Shown: positions 29,978 to 39,776 of the stretch, in pieces
Position numbering within the stretch: the stretch's first letter is position 1
Layout: the number at the start of each line of letters is the position of its first letter
NCBI GenBank assembly: GCA_003022725.1
Contig: PXSQ01000028.1
Coordinates: 5,123-69,122, forward strand
Source of the DNA: Halobacteriales archaeon SW_7_65_23
GTDB taxonomy: Archaea > Halobacteriota > Halobacteria > Halobacteriales > Haloarculaceae
Direction of reading: 5' to 3'
Length of the DNA stretch: 64,000 bases
Translations under genes and position numbers: made by a program
Notes under the pieces: model-generated
Databases searched by the model: none
What the model was told of the DNA's origin: nothing
The model's input: only the letters and a program-made list of their open reading frames with translations

Positions 29978-30303
29978 ACTCCGATCGTACTGATCGGTAG
30001 GCGCAGCGTATAATAAACCCCGGGGTTTCCGACCAGAGGACAACGGCTGCTTACGATGCTTCGTCTCGGGACCTGTGCGACGGTTTCTCGGGGCGTCGCC
30101 GGCTGCCAGCACGCTGCTCGCGCTTCGCAGTCGCAGGCCGGACTCGCTGCACGTGCCTGGGTACCGGAGCGCGTTCGCTGGCGGAGCGCTGTCGGGCTGG
30201 TGCGACCGACCAGCATGATCGCGCTCCGCTCCCGGGTGCGTCCGGTGTTCGATCGGGTGTATTGCGACGGTCGACGGGAACCCGTCGACGTGGGCTGCGA
30301 CGC

Positions 30304-30495
30304 CTACAGCAACAGCGAGACGACGGCAAGGACGACGAAAATGATGACCAGCCACTTCGCGATCTCCATGCTGATGCCTGCGACACCCTGGGCACCGACG
30401 ACCGCCGCCACGAGTGCCAGGACGAAGAACACGATAGCCAGGGAGATGAAATCTCCCGAGAACTGCAGCGGCTGGAGGAGTAATTGCTCGTACAT
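30304..30495 (-). CDS. DUF1328 (UPF0391) small membrane protein
   Basis: [34 protein letters not shown]. Confidence 0.85.
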   Translation of the reverse strand: MYEQLLLQPLQFSGDFISLAIVFFVLALVAAVVGAQGVAGISMEIAKWLVIIFVVLAVVSLLL

Positions 30496-30639
30496 TATGC
30501 GCCCTCGCTGTGTTGGTCGTTCTCCGTTCGGTTGTTACCTCTCTTGCAACGCATACTTGTATTACAGTGGTTGCCTGATTAGTTATTCGGATGTTTACTG
30601 ACAGTCGCTTCAGGTAGGTTGCTTTTAGCAGTACGGTGA

Positions 30640-30967
30640 GGGCGCTACGCCCCCTCCTCAAGGAGTAAACGAGCAACGCGAATGAGCGAGTAGGGCGGAG
30701 ATACAGCGCCCGCACGAGCATCAAACACGATCACTCTATATGTTTAACAATACATATATCGAAAACCCGAGTACACGCGCATGGAGTGCAGCCCACGTTT
30801 CAGGATCTTGTCAACACGCGACCAGCGAGAGCGACTAAGCTGGCAACGAAACACCGTGCGCCAAGTCTACAACCACGCACTCTACCGGCTCGACCAATTA
30901 CCCGAAAACGACGACCAAACAGTGAAACAGCGTATCTGGAAAGTCCGTGACGAACTCCCCGACTGGA
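30640..30967 (+). mobile_element. tnpB: IS200/IS605 (IS1341-type) remnant: hairpin left end plus truncated tnpB 5' end (30781-~30967)
   Basis: gggcgct...ctcctcaaggagt...agcgccc structured end; PRFRI...TVRQVYNHAL...RDELPDW matches the TnpB N-terminal HTH; the RuvC part is absent. Confidence 0.75.
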
Positions 30968-31188
30968 GGTCGTTCACCTACGTGCTGGGTTCGCTGTTGC
31001 ACTGATAGCCGCCGCGCACGTCGACGACGACATCGTACTCCGCCGGCGATAGCTCCCCGCTCGCGCCGAGCTGGTCGAGCGTGGTCTCGGTCACCGCCTC
31101 GGTCCGGTGCTGCAGGCCGAAAGACGAAGCTGTCGAGGAGCGCGTCGACGTCGGCCCCATTGCTTTCGAGCCGCCGCGAGCGCCGGAG

Positions 31189-31401
31189 TTATCGCATCTC
31201 GTCACTGACGGGGAACGCAACTTCGACGGTTGCCTTGTACTCCTCGATCCCGTCGTCGCCAGCTTCCGCAGTCCAGGACTCGACTTCGATCCCCCGGATG
31301 TTCTCGATCGTTTCGTCGGCGTTCTCGTAGGCTGCCTCCGCCGCAGCGTGCCAGGACTCTTCGGACGTACCGAGCACCTTGATAATCTTGACTGCCGTCA
31401 T
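31189..31401 (-). CDS. Dodecin-family protein
   Basis: KIIKVLGTSEESWHAAAEAA...YKATVEVAF. Confidence 0.85.
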   Translation of the reverse strand: MTAVKIIKVLGTSEESWHAAAEAAYENADETIENIRGIEVESWTAEAGDDGIEEYKATVEVAFPVSDEMR

Positions 31402-31575
31402 GGCTCGGAGTTTTCGAGGTAGCGAATTAGTTATTCGTTGGGTTCCGCCAGTAAGCCCGCGTTTCCCCGGATCGAATAATCCGAGAAGTGCCGAAATGTG
31501 GCGTCTGAGGCGTTGAAAGACGAGAAATACCGGTCTCGACGTAACTCCTTTGTGCGTCCCGGTGTTGGTTCAGGT

Positions 31576-31893
31576 ATGTCGAGCGAAGACGATACGAGAG
31601 AACAGGGTGTGGAGTTCGGGCCGCTCATGGACGACCTAGAAGCCGAGGCGTATCCACAGGAGAAAGCCCAGCTCCTCGAAACGTACGGCGATCGCGAGGT
31701 CGACCTGCAGGACGGCGCCGAGACTCTGAACGACATCCTCGGGCCGCTCGGCGGGAAGACCTACGAGTCGGCCGAGGACGTGATCCAGGACGTGATCGGC
31801 AACGTCAGCACCGAAGCGATCGGCAGGGACAACTACACGGACCGGGGCGGCGGCCCGCCGGGCGAGGAACAGAGCGACGAGGAGTCGCTGTGA
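31576..31893 (+). CDS. Small acidic protein (DUF5789-like)
   Basis: YPQEKAQLLETYGD...AIGRDNYTDRGG. Confidence 0.75.
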   Translation: MSSEDDTREQGVEFGPLMDDLEAEAYPQEKAQLLETYGDREVDLQDGAETLNDILGPLGGKTYESAEDVIQDVIGNVSTEAIGRDNYTDRGGGPPGEEQSDEESL

Positions 31894-32052
31894 TACTGAT
31901 ACTGGTGGCTGTAAGTACGTGAGAACTCGAATTGAGAATCCAGGCTGAGAGAGTCTGTATCCCCAGATAGCAGAGACTGGTGAGGAAAAGAATTACAGCC
32001 ACCAGTATGATTGTTGTAACTCTTTCACGCCGGGTATTCACCGGATTTCAGT
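31894..32052. mobile_element. Nested MITEs: complete 108-bp subfamily A copy (31900-32007) inside the left TIR of a truncated subfamily B copy inserted at the upstream gene's TGA stop
   Basis: tga(stop) tac tga{tactgg...ccagta}tga ttgttgtaactcttt...; the outer sequence matches the 44512 element. Confidence 0.85.
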
Positions 32053-32613
32053 TCACTGGCTGCGACCGAACCGCGAGCCGACCCAGGTGCCCAGCGTCAG
32101 CCCGTAGACGACGTGACTGATGTGAAAGACCAGTAGTTCGTCCCGGTCGGGATCAACTCCGAGCACCTGCACGAGCATGACCCGGCTCCCGAACACCGAC
32201 AGAGCGGTCCCGAAGGCAGTGCCGAGCAGGGCGGACTTCGCTTCCGCGGCCGCCTCCGGATCGCCCTCGCCCGGCGTCAGGAGGGCGTAGACGACCCCGC
32301 CGGCGACGCCGTAGAGCAGGTGTAACACCAGGGCGGTAATCGGATAATCCTCCGGATCCCCGGAGCCGACGAATTTCGCCCAGAACTTCGCTGTCGGGGG
32401 CAGCGACTTGCTCGTCGGCAGCCGGAACACCGTCATCGAGAGCGTCGCGACCAGGCCGCCCAGGGACCCGTACGTGATCACGTCTCGGATCGTCGCACCG
32501 GAAGCCGACCGGCCGGTCCTGCGGTCGGCATCGTCCCCGTCGTCGGTCGCCGGGGACGGCTCCCCGGGAGTGGACAACTGTCGGCGCACGCGCTCGAACG
32601 TCGAGGCTGTCAT
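32053..32613 (-). CDS. Membrane protein (DUF6789-like)
   Basis: GGLVATLSMTVFR, LHLLYG, FHISHVVYG. Confidence 0.75.
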   Translation of the reverse strand: MTASTFERVRRQLSTPGEPSPATDDGDDADRRTGRSASGATIRDVITYGSLGGLVATLSMTVFRLPTSKSLPPTAKFWAKFVGSGDPEDYPITALVLHLLYGVAGGVVYALLTPGEGDPEAAAEAKSALLGTAFGTALSVFGSRVMLVQVLGVDPDRDELLVFHISHVVYGLTLGTWVGSRFGRSQ

Positions 32614-32814
32614 AGCGTCCGTAATAACGCCGGGACGCGCAAATGGGTTTCCCCGTTTCGTCCCCTTAACTACCGGATAACGGCCGATTACCGCCGGGCC
32701 GGGGAGCTGCCGGTCCGCAGCCGCCGTCCCGGCTGATTCCGTCCTGGCAGTTGTATAAACTGCCCGCAGTAATATGCAGGTTATACTAAACCGTCCAAAG
32801 GGACAATCCAGCGT

Positions 32815-33486
32815 ATGAGCGCGGTTGTAGACGTGACCATCCCGACCGACCAGTTCGCACTCGCAGAGACACTCGACGCCGTGCCGGAGGCCACGTTCGA
32901 GACAGTCCGGGTCGCGGCACACGGCCCGCGCGGCATGATGCGCTTCCTCTGGGCGTCGTCGTCGGACCTCGACCGGCTCGACGCGGTGCTCAGGGAGGAC
33001 TCGACGATCGAGGACGCGACCCGGCTGTCGAGCGACGGCAGCCGGGCGCTGTACCGCGTCACCTGGCGGCCCAGCGTCAGGCTGCTGATCGGCATTTTCG
33101 TCCAGTCGAACGGGTCGCTGCTCGGCGCGATGGGCCAGGCCGACCGCTGGGAACTGCGCGTCGTCTTCCCCGACCGGACGTCGGTTTCGGAGACATATGA
33201 CAGCTGGCGAACCCACGGCATCGACCCATCGATCCGGCGGATCAACGGCGTCACGGACACGGTCCACGACGGGGGGACGGCGCTGTCGCCCTGCCAGCAC
33301 GAGACGCTCGTCGAAGCGTTCCGGCTCGACTACTATGAGGTCCCGCGGGGGATCACGCTCGACGCCCTCGCCGACGAACTCGACATCTCCCACCAGGCGC
33401 TCTCCGAACGGCTCCGGCGGGGACACCGGAACCTCATCGGCACGACACTCTGTGAGTCGCCCACGCTGGTCCGCCACGAGCCCTGA
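32815..33486 (+). CDS. Bacterio-opsin-activator-type (HTH_10) regulator
   Basis: LSPCQHETLVEAF..DYYEVPRGITLDALADELDISHQALSERLRRG. Confidence 0.88.
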   Translation: MSAVVDVTIPTDQFALAETLDAVPEATFETVRVAAHGPRGMMRFLWASSSDLDRLDAVLREDSTIEDATRLSSDGSRALYRVTWRPSVRLLIGIFVQSNGSLLGAMGQADRWELRVVFPDRTSVSETYDSWRTHGIDPSIRRINGVTDTVHDGGTALSPCQHETLVEAFRLDYYEVPRGITLDALADELDISHQALSERLRRGHRNLIGTTLCESPTLVRHEP

Positions 33487-33597
33487 CCTCCCGACGACGA
33501 CCGCTGCCCCGGATTCTCGTCCTATCGGTCAGGATGACTACCTCCCCAAGCACAATAAGCGCGGTATAACGAAGGGACGCGGGCGGGAAGCACGTAT

Positions 33598-33957
33598 ATG
33601 GGACTCGTTGAATCACTCATCGTGTTCGTCGTCAGCTTCCTGATCGGGGCGCTAGGCATCTACGTCGGTGCGCGCATCATCACGGATCGGGACGACTACT
33701 CGTACGCGTTCGTCACAGGGTTGATCGGCGCGATCATCTGGTCGATCGTCGCCTTCTTTTTCGGCTGGATTCCGCTGCTCGGCCCACTGCTGGCGCTGAT
33801 CGCGTACGTCGGCGTCATCAACTGGCGCTACCCGGGCGGTTGGGCCAACGCCGCCGCGATCTCCATTGTCGCCTGGATCGCTGCCCTGGTGGTGCTGTAC
33901 GCGCTCGCCGCCGTCGGTCTCACGACGTTCGAGGCGGCCGGTGTCCCCGGCACGTAA
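33598..33957 (+). CDS. Small 4-TM membrane protein
   Basis: 119 aa, hydrophobic, native codon bias; INWRYPGGW. Confidence 0.75.
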   Translation: MGLVESLIVFVVSFLIGALGIYVGARIITDRDDYSYAFVTGLIGAIIWSIVAFFFGWIPLLGPLLALIAYVGVINWRYPGGWANAAAISIVAWIAALVVLYALAAVGLTTFEAAGVPGT

Positions 33958-34075
33958 GTCGGACGAGACGCTGTGGAACAGCACGACGTTTGAATCTATT
34001 TTTCGCGCGTTTCAGCACGTACCAGCTGGTGGGCGTTCTCCGTACTTCCGTTCGACAGGTTCACGAACGACGCGT

Positions 34076-34495
34076 TCAGTCGGCGTACTCGCCGGTCCGC
34101 CGTTCGAGGTGGGACTCGAGGGTGTTGACATTCCACTTGTTGGCCTTCCAGACGGCGTCGAACAGCGTGCCGAGCACCGGGACGGAGCCGACGACGGTGT
34201 CGACGCTGACGAGCGCGAGCATCTTCAGGAGCGTGCTCCGGGGGAGCCCGGCCCTGTACCCCTCGGCGATGATGTACAGCGAGACGAGCGACGCCACGGA
34301 GTCGCCGACGCCTGGAAGCACGCCCAGGACCGGATCGAGCCCGAAGCGGATGTTCGTCCCGGGCACCCGGAACGCGTCGTCAAGCGCGTGGCTCACGACC
34401 CGGATCCGCTTCAGCATCGCGCGGTCGGAGGGGGAAAGCGCCTCCCGGTCTATCGGCTCACCGATCGCTCGCAGCTGTCTTGAGGACATACCCAT
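34076..34495 (-). CDS. DUF4112-family protein
   Basis: LDDAFRVPGTNIRFGLDPVLGVLPGVGD...FDAVWKAN. Confidence 0.88.
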   Translation of the reverse strand: MGMSSRQLRAIGEPIDREALSPSDRAMLKRIRVVSHALDDAFRVPGTNIRFGLDPVLGVLPGVGDSVASLVSLYIIAEGYRAGLPRSTLLKMLALVSVDTVVGSVPVLGTLFDAVWKANKWNVNTLESHLERRTGEYAD

Positions 34496-34753
34496 GGTAC
34501 GGCAGCGAACCCGAAAGGCGTTACGGGGGTTCGCCTAACGGCACGCCCGCTCGCCTCGACCGTCGCCCGAGCCGTTCCCGACGATCGGCCCGCGTCGCTC
34601 CAGCCGACCATTATTGTGTGTTGACGCCGTAGACTGGCTACTGGCGCTGAATCCTATGATTCCTTCCCCAGCGGACACTGACGCGACGCGTACCGTCGCA
34701 GGCGGGGGCCGCCGTCCTACCACGAGTAGCCCTTTCGCAGGGGTGATCCGGCC

Positions 34754-35512
34754 ATGATGGCCGACGTCGACCTGCACACGCACTCGCGGTTCTTCCACGG
34801 GTTCGCCGGCCGGCCGACGCCGTACGACGAGGTCGGGTTCCGCCTGCACGTCGCGGTTGCGCAGGCGCGCGGCCTCGACGCGATGGCGGTCACGAACCAC
34901 GATTACTACACCGAGTTCGACGTCGACACCGGCGACCTGACGATCATCCCCGGGATCGAGGTGTCCTCGACGGCCGGGCACCTGTTGCTCATCGGCCCCG
35001 ATCCGCCGGCCGGGACGAAGCCGAACATGATGACGCCGGCGGAGGGGATCGACCTGGCCCACGACCGCAACTGCGCGGTGGTACTCCCCCACCCGTTCCG
35101 GGACAGCCGCGTCAAGGAGACCGACGCGGCCGTCGACGCCGTCGAAGTCAACGGGAAACATCCCAAGCCGACGACGCTGGTCAAGGAGCTTGCCGCAGAG
35201 TGGGATGTCCCGATCGTCGGCGGAAGCGACGCCCACTACCCGATCGAGGTCGGCCGGACGTTCACGCGGCTGGAGACCGAGTCGCTGACGCCTGCGGGCG
35301 TCGCCGACGCGATCCGGGCGGGCCGCACGGAGTACCGCATCACCCAGCGGTTCCCCGACCAGTACATCCACCAGCTGTACGGCATCGTCCACCGCCTGAA
35401 GGGGCGCACCGAACGGGTCGCGCAGACGGTCACTCCCGACGAGACGACGCCGGCCGTCCGCTCCGCGTCCGAGGACGGTCGACAGGAGCCGGACCCCCGG
35501 CGGGGGCCGTGA
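34754..35512 (+). CDS. PHP-domain metallophosphoesterase
   Basis: DLHTHS, VTNHD, PGIEVS, PHPFR, GGSDAH. Confidence 0.85.
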   Translation: MMADVDLHTHSRFFHGFAGRPTPYDEVGFRLHVAVAQARGLDAMAVTNHDYYTEFDVDTGDLTIIPGIEVSSTAGHLLLIGPDPPAGTKPNMMTPAEGIDLAHDRNCAVVLPHPFRDSRVKETDAAVDAVEVNGKHPKPTTLVKELAAEWDVPIVGGSDAHYPIEVGRTFTRLETESLTPAGVADAIRAGRTEYRITQRFPDQYIHQLYGIVHRLKGRTERVAQTVTPDETTPAVRSASEDGRQEPDPRRGP

Positions 35513-35530
35513 CTGGCGTCGGCCGCCAGG

Positions 35531-35791
35531 CTACGCTTCCCAGACGAGCTCCAGCGAGAGCGCGGCGTTGCAGCCACCCTCAAGCTGCGTGTCGTCCTCC
35601 GTCTCGGCGATGTCGCCATCCAGCTGTCCGGTGCAGCGGCCCTCGGTGATGATCTGTTCGATGGAGACGTTCGCTCCGCAGCTCGGGCAGTCGAGGTAGA
35701 TCGCGTCCTCCTTCTCGTGGATCGTGTCCGGGCCAAGCTGCATGCGGGCGCCGCCGGTGTTGTCGCTGTCCTCGGTAGGCGTGTCAGACAT
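35531..35791 (-). CDS. Small CPxCG zinc-finger-like protein
   Basis: LDCPSCGA...GRC...GGCNAALSLELVW. Confidence 0.7.
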   Translation of the reverse strand: MSDTPTEDSDNTGGARMQLGPDTIHEKEDAIYLDCPSCGANVSIEQIITEGRCTGQLDGDIAETEDDTQLEGGCNAALSLELVWEA

Positions 35792-35867
35792 CGTGGCTCC
35801 TAGGGCAACCAGCGGGATAAGTCTGGTCCGACAGAAGTGTTTACTGTCTCCCAGGCGAACGTCGGGC

Positions 35868-36620
35868 ATGGAACTCCGCGAGATCCAGCCCGGTGAAACC
35901 AGTGACATCCGGCAGGTCGCACGGGAGTCGCTGACCGCGTCCTACGGCGGCGCGTTCGACGAGACGATGGTCGATGACCTCGTCGAGCAGTGGTACGACG
36001 AGGAGACCGTCGAGGAGCTGGTCGACGACGAGTCCGCCCTCCTGATCGCGGCGGCAAACGACGACGTCGAGGGGTACGCCCAGGGGGAGATCCTCAGCGG
36101 CGAGACGGTCATCGGCGACGTGCAGTGGCTGCACGTCCGGCCGGGCGCGCGGGGCGAGCGGGTCGGCGTGCAGCTGCTGGGCGAACTCGTCGACAGGATG
36201 GAGAACCGCGGCGCGTCCCGGGTGCGGGGCCGCGCCCTCGCCGTGAACGAGGACGGCGCCTCCTTTTTCGCCGAGCACGGGTTCGAGCACCGGGAGAGCC
36301 GGCAGGTCGACATCGGCGGCAAGGAGTTCGAGGAACACGTCTACGAGAAAGCGATCGCGGCCGAGGAAAGCGAGGACGTCGTCGGCACCGTCGAGGGGCC
36401 GGACGGCCAGAAGCTGTACGTCGACTACACTGCCGGGGACACCGGCGTCGAGGCGCCGATGTATCCGACGTACACGGACAGCGACATGGACGAGGAGTAC
36501 GGCTGGTTCTGCAGCAACTGCGGCGCCGCCGAGACGGCGATGGACAGCGCCGGTCGCATCAAGTGTCAGCACTGCGGAAACGTCCGCACGGCGACGCGCT
36601 GGGACGGCTCGTACCTCTGA
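35868..36620 (+). CDS. GNAT acetyltransferase fused to a C-terminal zinc-ribbon domain
   Basis: LHVRPGARGERVG, N..GASFFAEHGF; YGWFCSNCG...CQHCGN. Confidence 0.85.
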   Translation: MELREIQPGETSDIRQVARESLTASYGGAFDETMVDDLVEQWYDEETVEELVDDESALLIAAANDDVEGYAQGEILSGETVIGDVQWLHVRPGARGERVGVQLLGELVDRMENRGASRVRGRALAVNEDGASFFAEHGFEHRESRQVDIGGKEFEEHVYEKAIAAEESEDVVGTVEGPDGQKLYVDYTAGDTGVEAPMYPTYTDSDMDEEYGWFCSNCGAAETAMDSAGRIKCQHCGNVRTATRWDGSYL

Positions 36621-36919
36621 CTCGCTGTCCACGCCCGATGCAGCGGCTCTTCGTTGAACACTGCCGGCCCGAAGCGACAGCAATCTTCGGGTTGGCACTC
36701 CCTGCGGGGTAGCCAGCATTACCTTACCGGAGAAACCGGGTCGTTACAGTCGCTGGCGGAACGGCGTCCTCGCTGGAAACACGCTCCTTCAGCGCCGGAC
36801 GCTCGGGAAAGGGAAAGCTACGTTTCTGAACGGTAGCTGCGATTTATACGACTCCCAGCCGGCGTACACATGCCGACAGTCACCGACGCGGCAGGTATAC
36901 AGCAACTCCATTGACTACT

Positions 36920-37681
36920 ATGAGCAAGCAACAGCGGCAGTACGGCAGTCAGGGACAGTCCCAACAGACACAGCAGGAATCGGGGATGGCGAACATCTTC
37001 ACGTTTCCGCTGACGCAGTGGATGGACGCCCAGAAGACGGCAGCACAGCTCACACTGAACGGGCTCGAGATGACCTCGTGGGCTCAGTCGCAGAACATGG
37101 ACATCACCAAGGAGACGCTCGACAGCTACATCCAGACCCTCGAGCGGACGGGCCAGCAGACCGAACAGCTCGCCGAGAAGGGGATGGAGACGATCCAGCA
37201 GGCGACCCAGGCCCAGCAGCAGCTGGGCCGGCAGGGCATCGAGCAAGCCCAGAGCGGGATGGCCCAGCTCGGCCAGGAGTTCCAGTCTGCCGGGAGACAG
37301 TTCGGCAGCCAGGAGCGCCACCAGCAGCCCCAGATGCAGCGCTACCAGCAGCCACAGCAGTACCAGCCGTCCACGGGCTACGAGCAGTACCAGCAGCCCC
37401 GGATGCGGCGCTACCAGCAGGCTCAGCAGCCCCAGACACAGCAGTACCAGCAGCCACAGACACAGCAGTACCAGCAGCCACAGCCCATGCAGCAACAGCC
37501 CGGCCGGATGCAGCAGCCCCAGACACAGAAGCCCCGGGCGCAGCAACAGCCACAGCAGACCCAGCCCCAGACCCAGCAGTACCAGCAGCCCCAGCAGGAG
37601 AGCCAGGGAGCCGGGACTGAGACAGGATCTGTGAGTCAGGGCGCGGCCGGAGAGTCGGCCACGCAGCCGCCGACCCAGTAG
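36920..37681 (+). CDS. Gln-rich protein with an amphipathic (phasin-like?) N-terminal domain and QQYQQPQ repeats
   Basis: Helical N-half FTFPLTQWMDAQK...TKETLDSYIQTLE; C-half made of QQPQTQQY repeats. Confidence 0.75.
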   Translation: MSKQQRQYGSQGQSQQTQQESGMANIFTFPLTQWMDAQKTAAQLTLNGLEMTSWAQSQNMDITKETLDSYIQTLERTGQQTEQLAEKGMETIQQATQAQQQLGRQGIEQAQSGMAQLGQEFQSAGRQFGSQERHQQPQMQRYQQPQQYQPSTGYEQYQQPRMRRYQQAQQPQTQQYQQPQTQQYQQPQPMQQQPGRMQQPQTQKPRAQQQPQQTQPQTQQYQQPQQESQGAGTETGSVSQGAAGESATQPPTQ

Positions 37682-37721
37682 CGGGTGCCACGCCGTCGGC
37701 GGCCGGCGGCGTTCAGCGACG

Positions 37722-37822
37722 GGACGGAACTCTGTGTCACATCGTGACACTCTCCTGGCTGTATTCGCACGGTTGAACGGCTGAACGTGACGCGTGATTC
37801 CACGAAATTACGTCCGACAGTA
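37722..37822. mobile_element. MITE-like subfamily C, left end eroded; supplies the stop codon of the KaiC-like gene
   Basis: Nearly identical to 44877-44984; right TIR ttacgtccgacagta followed by tga. Confidence 0.85.
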
Positions 37823-38815
37823 TGAGAGCGGCCCGTACACGGCCGCGAGGTCGGCCACGGGGTCGAACGTGCGGAACCCACCCGCGCCGTTCTCGTATGC
37901 GACCCAGTCCGGGTGGGCCAGGACGCCGTCCATTTTTCCGATACTCAGCTGTTTCAACCGCACGCCGTCGACGAGCGACTCGGTGTGCCGCGTCTCGACG
38001 ATCCCGTCGAACAGGTACAGGCTGTCGTCCAGGAAGCTCTCCCCGCCGCTGGCCGTGACGCTCGCGAAGATAGGGACGAACTTCCGGCTGCAGATGTCGC
38101 CGCGCACTTCCTTGACGAACTGTTCCGTCTCGGTCTCCTGGCCCTGTATCTCGACCTCGTTCAACGAGTCGATGACGACGATCCCCCGCCTGATCATGTC
38201 TGTCGCCTCCAGCCTGGCATGGAGCGCGTCCTCCACCGAGCGGAGGTCGCTCGGCTCCAGCACCACCGTTGTGGCGTCCTCGAGGACCCCGGCGAGAAAC
38301 GCGTTCCACTCGACCTGGTGCTGTGGCGTCTGGTGGTCCTCCCGGAGCCGGCTGGTGAAACAGTCGATGATCTGGAGGTCGCCCCGCTCCAGGAACGGGA
38401 GCACGTTCCAGCCCAGCGTCAGGAACTGTTCGACGACCGCGACGGCCGGATCGACGAACGTGACGACGACGGCCGGCTCGCCGCGCGTGAGCGTCCGCCA
38501 GACGAGTTCGGCCTGCAGTTCCCGGTGACGGAGGCCCTGGTCTCCCGACAGCAGCACGAACGAGTTCGCGGGGTACCCCTGTGGCAACAGTGCATCGAGG
38601 GCCGCCACGCCCGTCGAGCGCCGCTTGAACGCGAACCTGTCGGAGTAGGGCTGGTCGCCGGCCTCGACGGCGTTCCGGCAGTGCTCCGAGCAACAGGCTG
38701 TCCCGGTACTCGTCCGAACCGGCTCGACGGGGATCCTGTAGCCGCAGTACGCGCAGCGTCCAGTCACCGAAACAGCCGCTGCGTGTGGCAGTGCCGCTGG
38801 CTGTGGCATAGGCAC
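37808..38815 (-). CDS. KaiC/RAD55-like ATPase with N-terminal Cys finger and degenerate Walker A
   Basis: STGVAALDALL, IIDCF, VVIDSL, YLFDGIV, IGKMDG; P-loop reads GDQGLRHRE; CAYC...CCSEHC. Confidence 0.8.
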   Translation of the reverse strand: MPMPQPAALPHAAAVSVTGRCAYCGYRIPVEPVRTSTGTACCSEHCRNAVEAGDQPYSDRFAFKRRSTGVAALDALLPQGYPANSFVLLSGDQGLRHRELQAELVWRTLTRGEPAVVVTFVDPAVAVVEQFLTLGWNVLPFLERGDLQIIDCFTSRLREDHQTPQHQVEWNAFLAGVLEDATTVVLEPSDLRSVEDALHARLEATDMIRRGIVVIDSLNEVEIQGQETETEQFVKEVRGDICSRKFVPIFASVTASGGESFLDDSLYLFDGIVETRHTESLVDGVRLKQLSIGKMDGVLAHPDWVAYENGAGGFRTFDPVADLAAVYGPLSYCRT

Positions 38816-38861
38816 AGTACAGTGGCCACGGTGAAAACACCCGCGTCGCGGCCGTCGGCGG

Positions 38862-39776
38862 TCAGCCGGCCGAGAGCTCTTCGATGCGCCGCTCGAGGGC
38901 GAGGATGTCGTCCTCGAGCTGTTCGCCGCCCTCGATCTCCGCCAGCCGGTCGGCGAGCCCCCGGAGCCGCGAGACCTTCTCGTCCTCGTCGACGTCGGTC
39001 TTCTGGACGTACACCTGCTCGTCGATATCGTACACCGCCGACTCCTCGAGGTCGGTGACGGTGAGCACGACGTCCAGCTTGTCGGGGTCGACGCCGAGCA
39101 CCCACTCGTGGGGGATCCCGTGCTCGTCGAGCGCGTCGAGGACGACAGCGTCGTCTTTCGGCGTCCGCCGTTCGCGCGTGGTCCGCCGGACGGTCCCGAA
39201 GCGGCCCCGGAGCTGCTGATCGCCGCCCAGCCGCGTCAGCAGCGGCTCGGTCACCGTCCGCCGGAGCCTGTCGCTCCCGCGCTGGACGTCCGACAGCAGC
39301 ACGTACAGGTCTGTCAGCGCTCCCATCTCCAGGGTGGAGAGGTCGTCAGTTTCCAGCTGTTCGAGGCGATCGGCGAGCAGCACAGCGTCGTCGTGCACCC
39401 GCTGAGGCTGGGTGCGCGCCGCCTCGGGCGACACCAGGTGGGGGCTCATCCCGCCGCGGGCGTCCGCGGGCGATCGCGAGAGCTGTCCGCCCGCGGAGCT
39501 GTGCCCCGGTGAGAGGCTCACGACGGCTGCGTACGGTTCGACGCCGGGCTGGAGCCCCCCGAGGTCGATCGGGCCGTCGGCCAGGCGGTCGAAGATGATC
39601 TCGAACTGGTCTCTGTACAGCGAGACCTCCTCGCCGCTGTCCCGGTACCTGACGTCGACCTTGTCCGGAACCGTCTTCACGACTTCGAACTGCCGCTCCG
39701 AAACGGGGGTCTCCAGCGTCGTGCCCGCGTCGAGCTGTTCGAGCGCCTCCCGCAAGCCGTTCCAGGCGTCGCTCAT
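38862..39776 (-). CDS. Acidic hypothetical protein with C-terminal coiled coil
   Basis: 304 aa from ATG 39776; native codon bias; acidic. Confidence 0.75.
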   Translation of the reverse strand: MSDAWNGLREALEQLDAGTTLETPVSERQFEVVKTVPDKVDVRYRDSGEEVSLYRDQFEIIFDRLADGPIDLGGLQPGVEPYAAVVSLSPGHSSAGGQLSRSPADARGGMSPHLVSPEAARTQPQRVHDDAVLLADRLEQLETDDLSTLEMGALTDLYVLLSDVQRGSDRLRRTVTEPLLTRLGGDQQLRGRFGTVRRTTRERRTPKDDAVVLDALDEHGIPHEWVLGVDPDKLDVVLTVTDLEESAVYDIDEQVYVQKTDVDEDEKVSRLRGLADRLAEIEGGEQLEDDILALERRIEELSAG

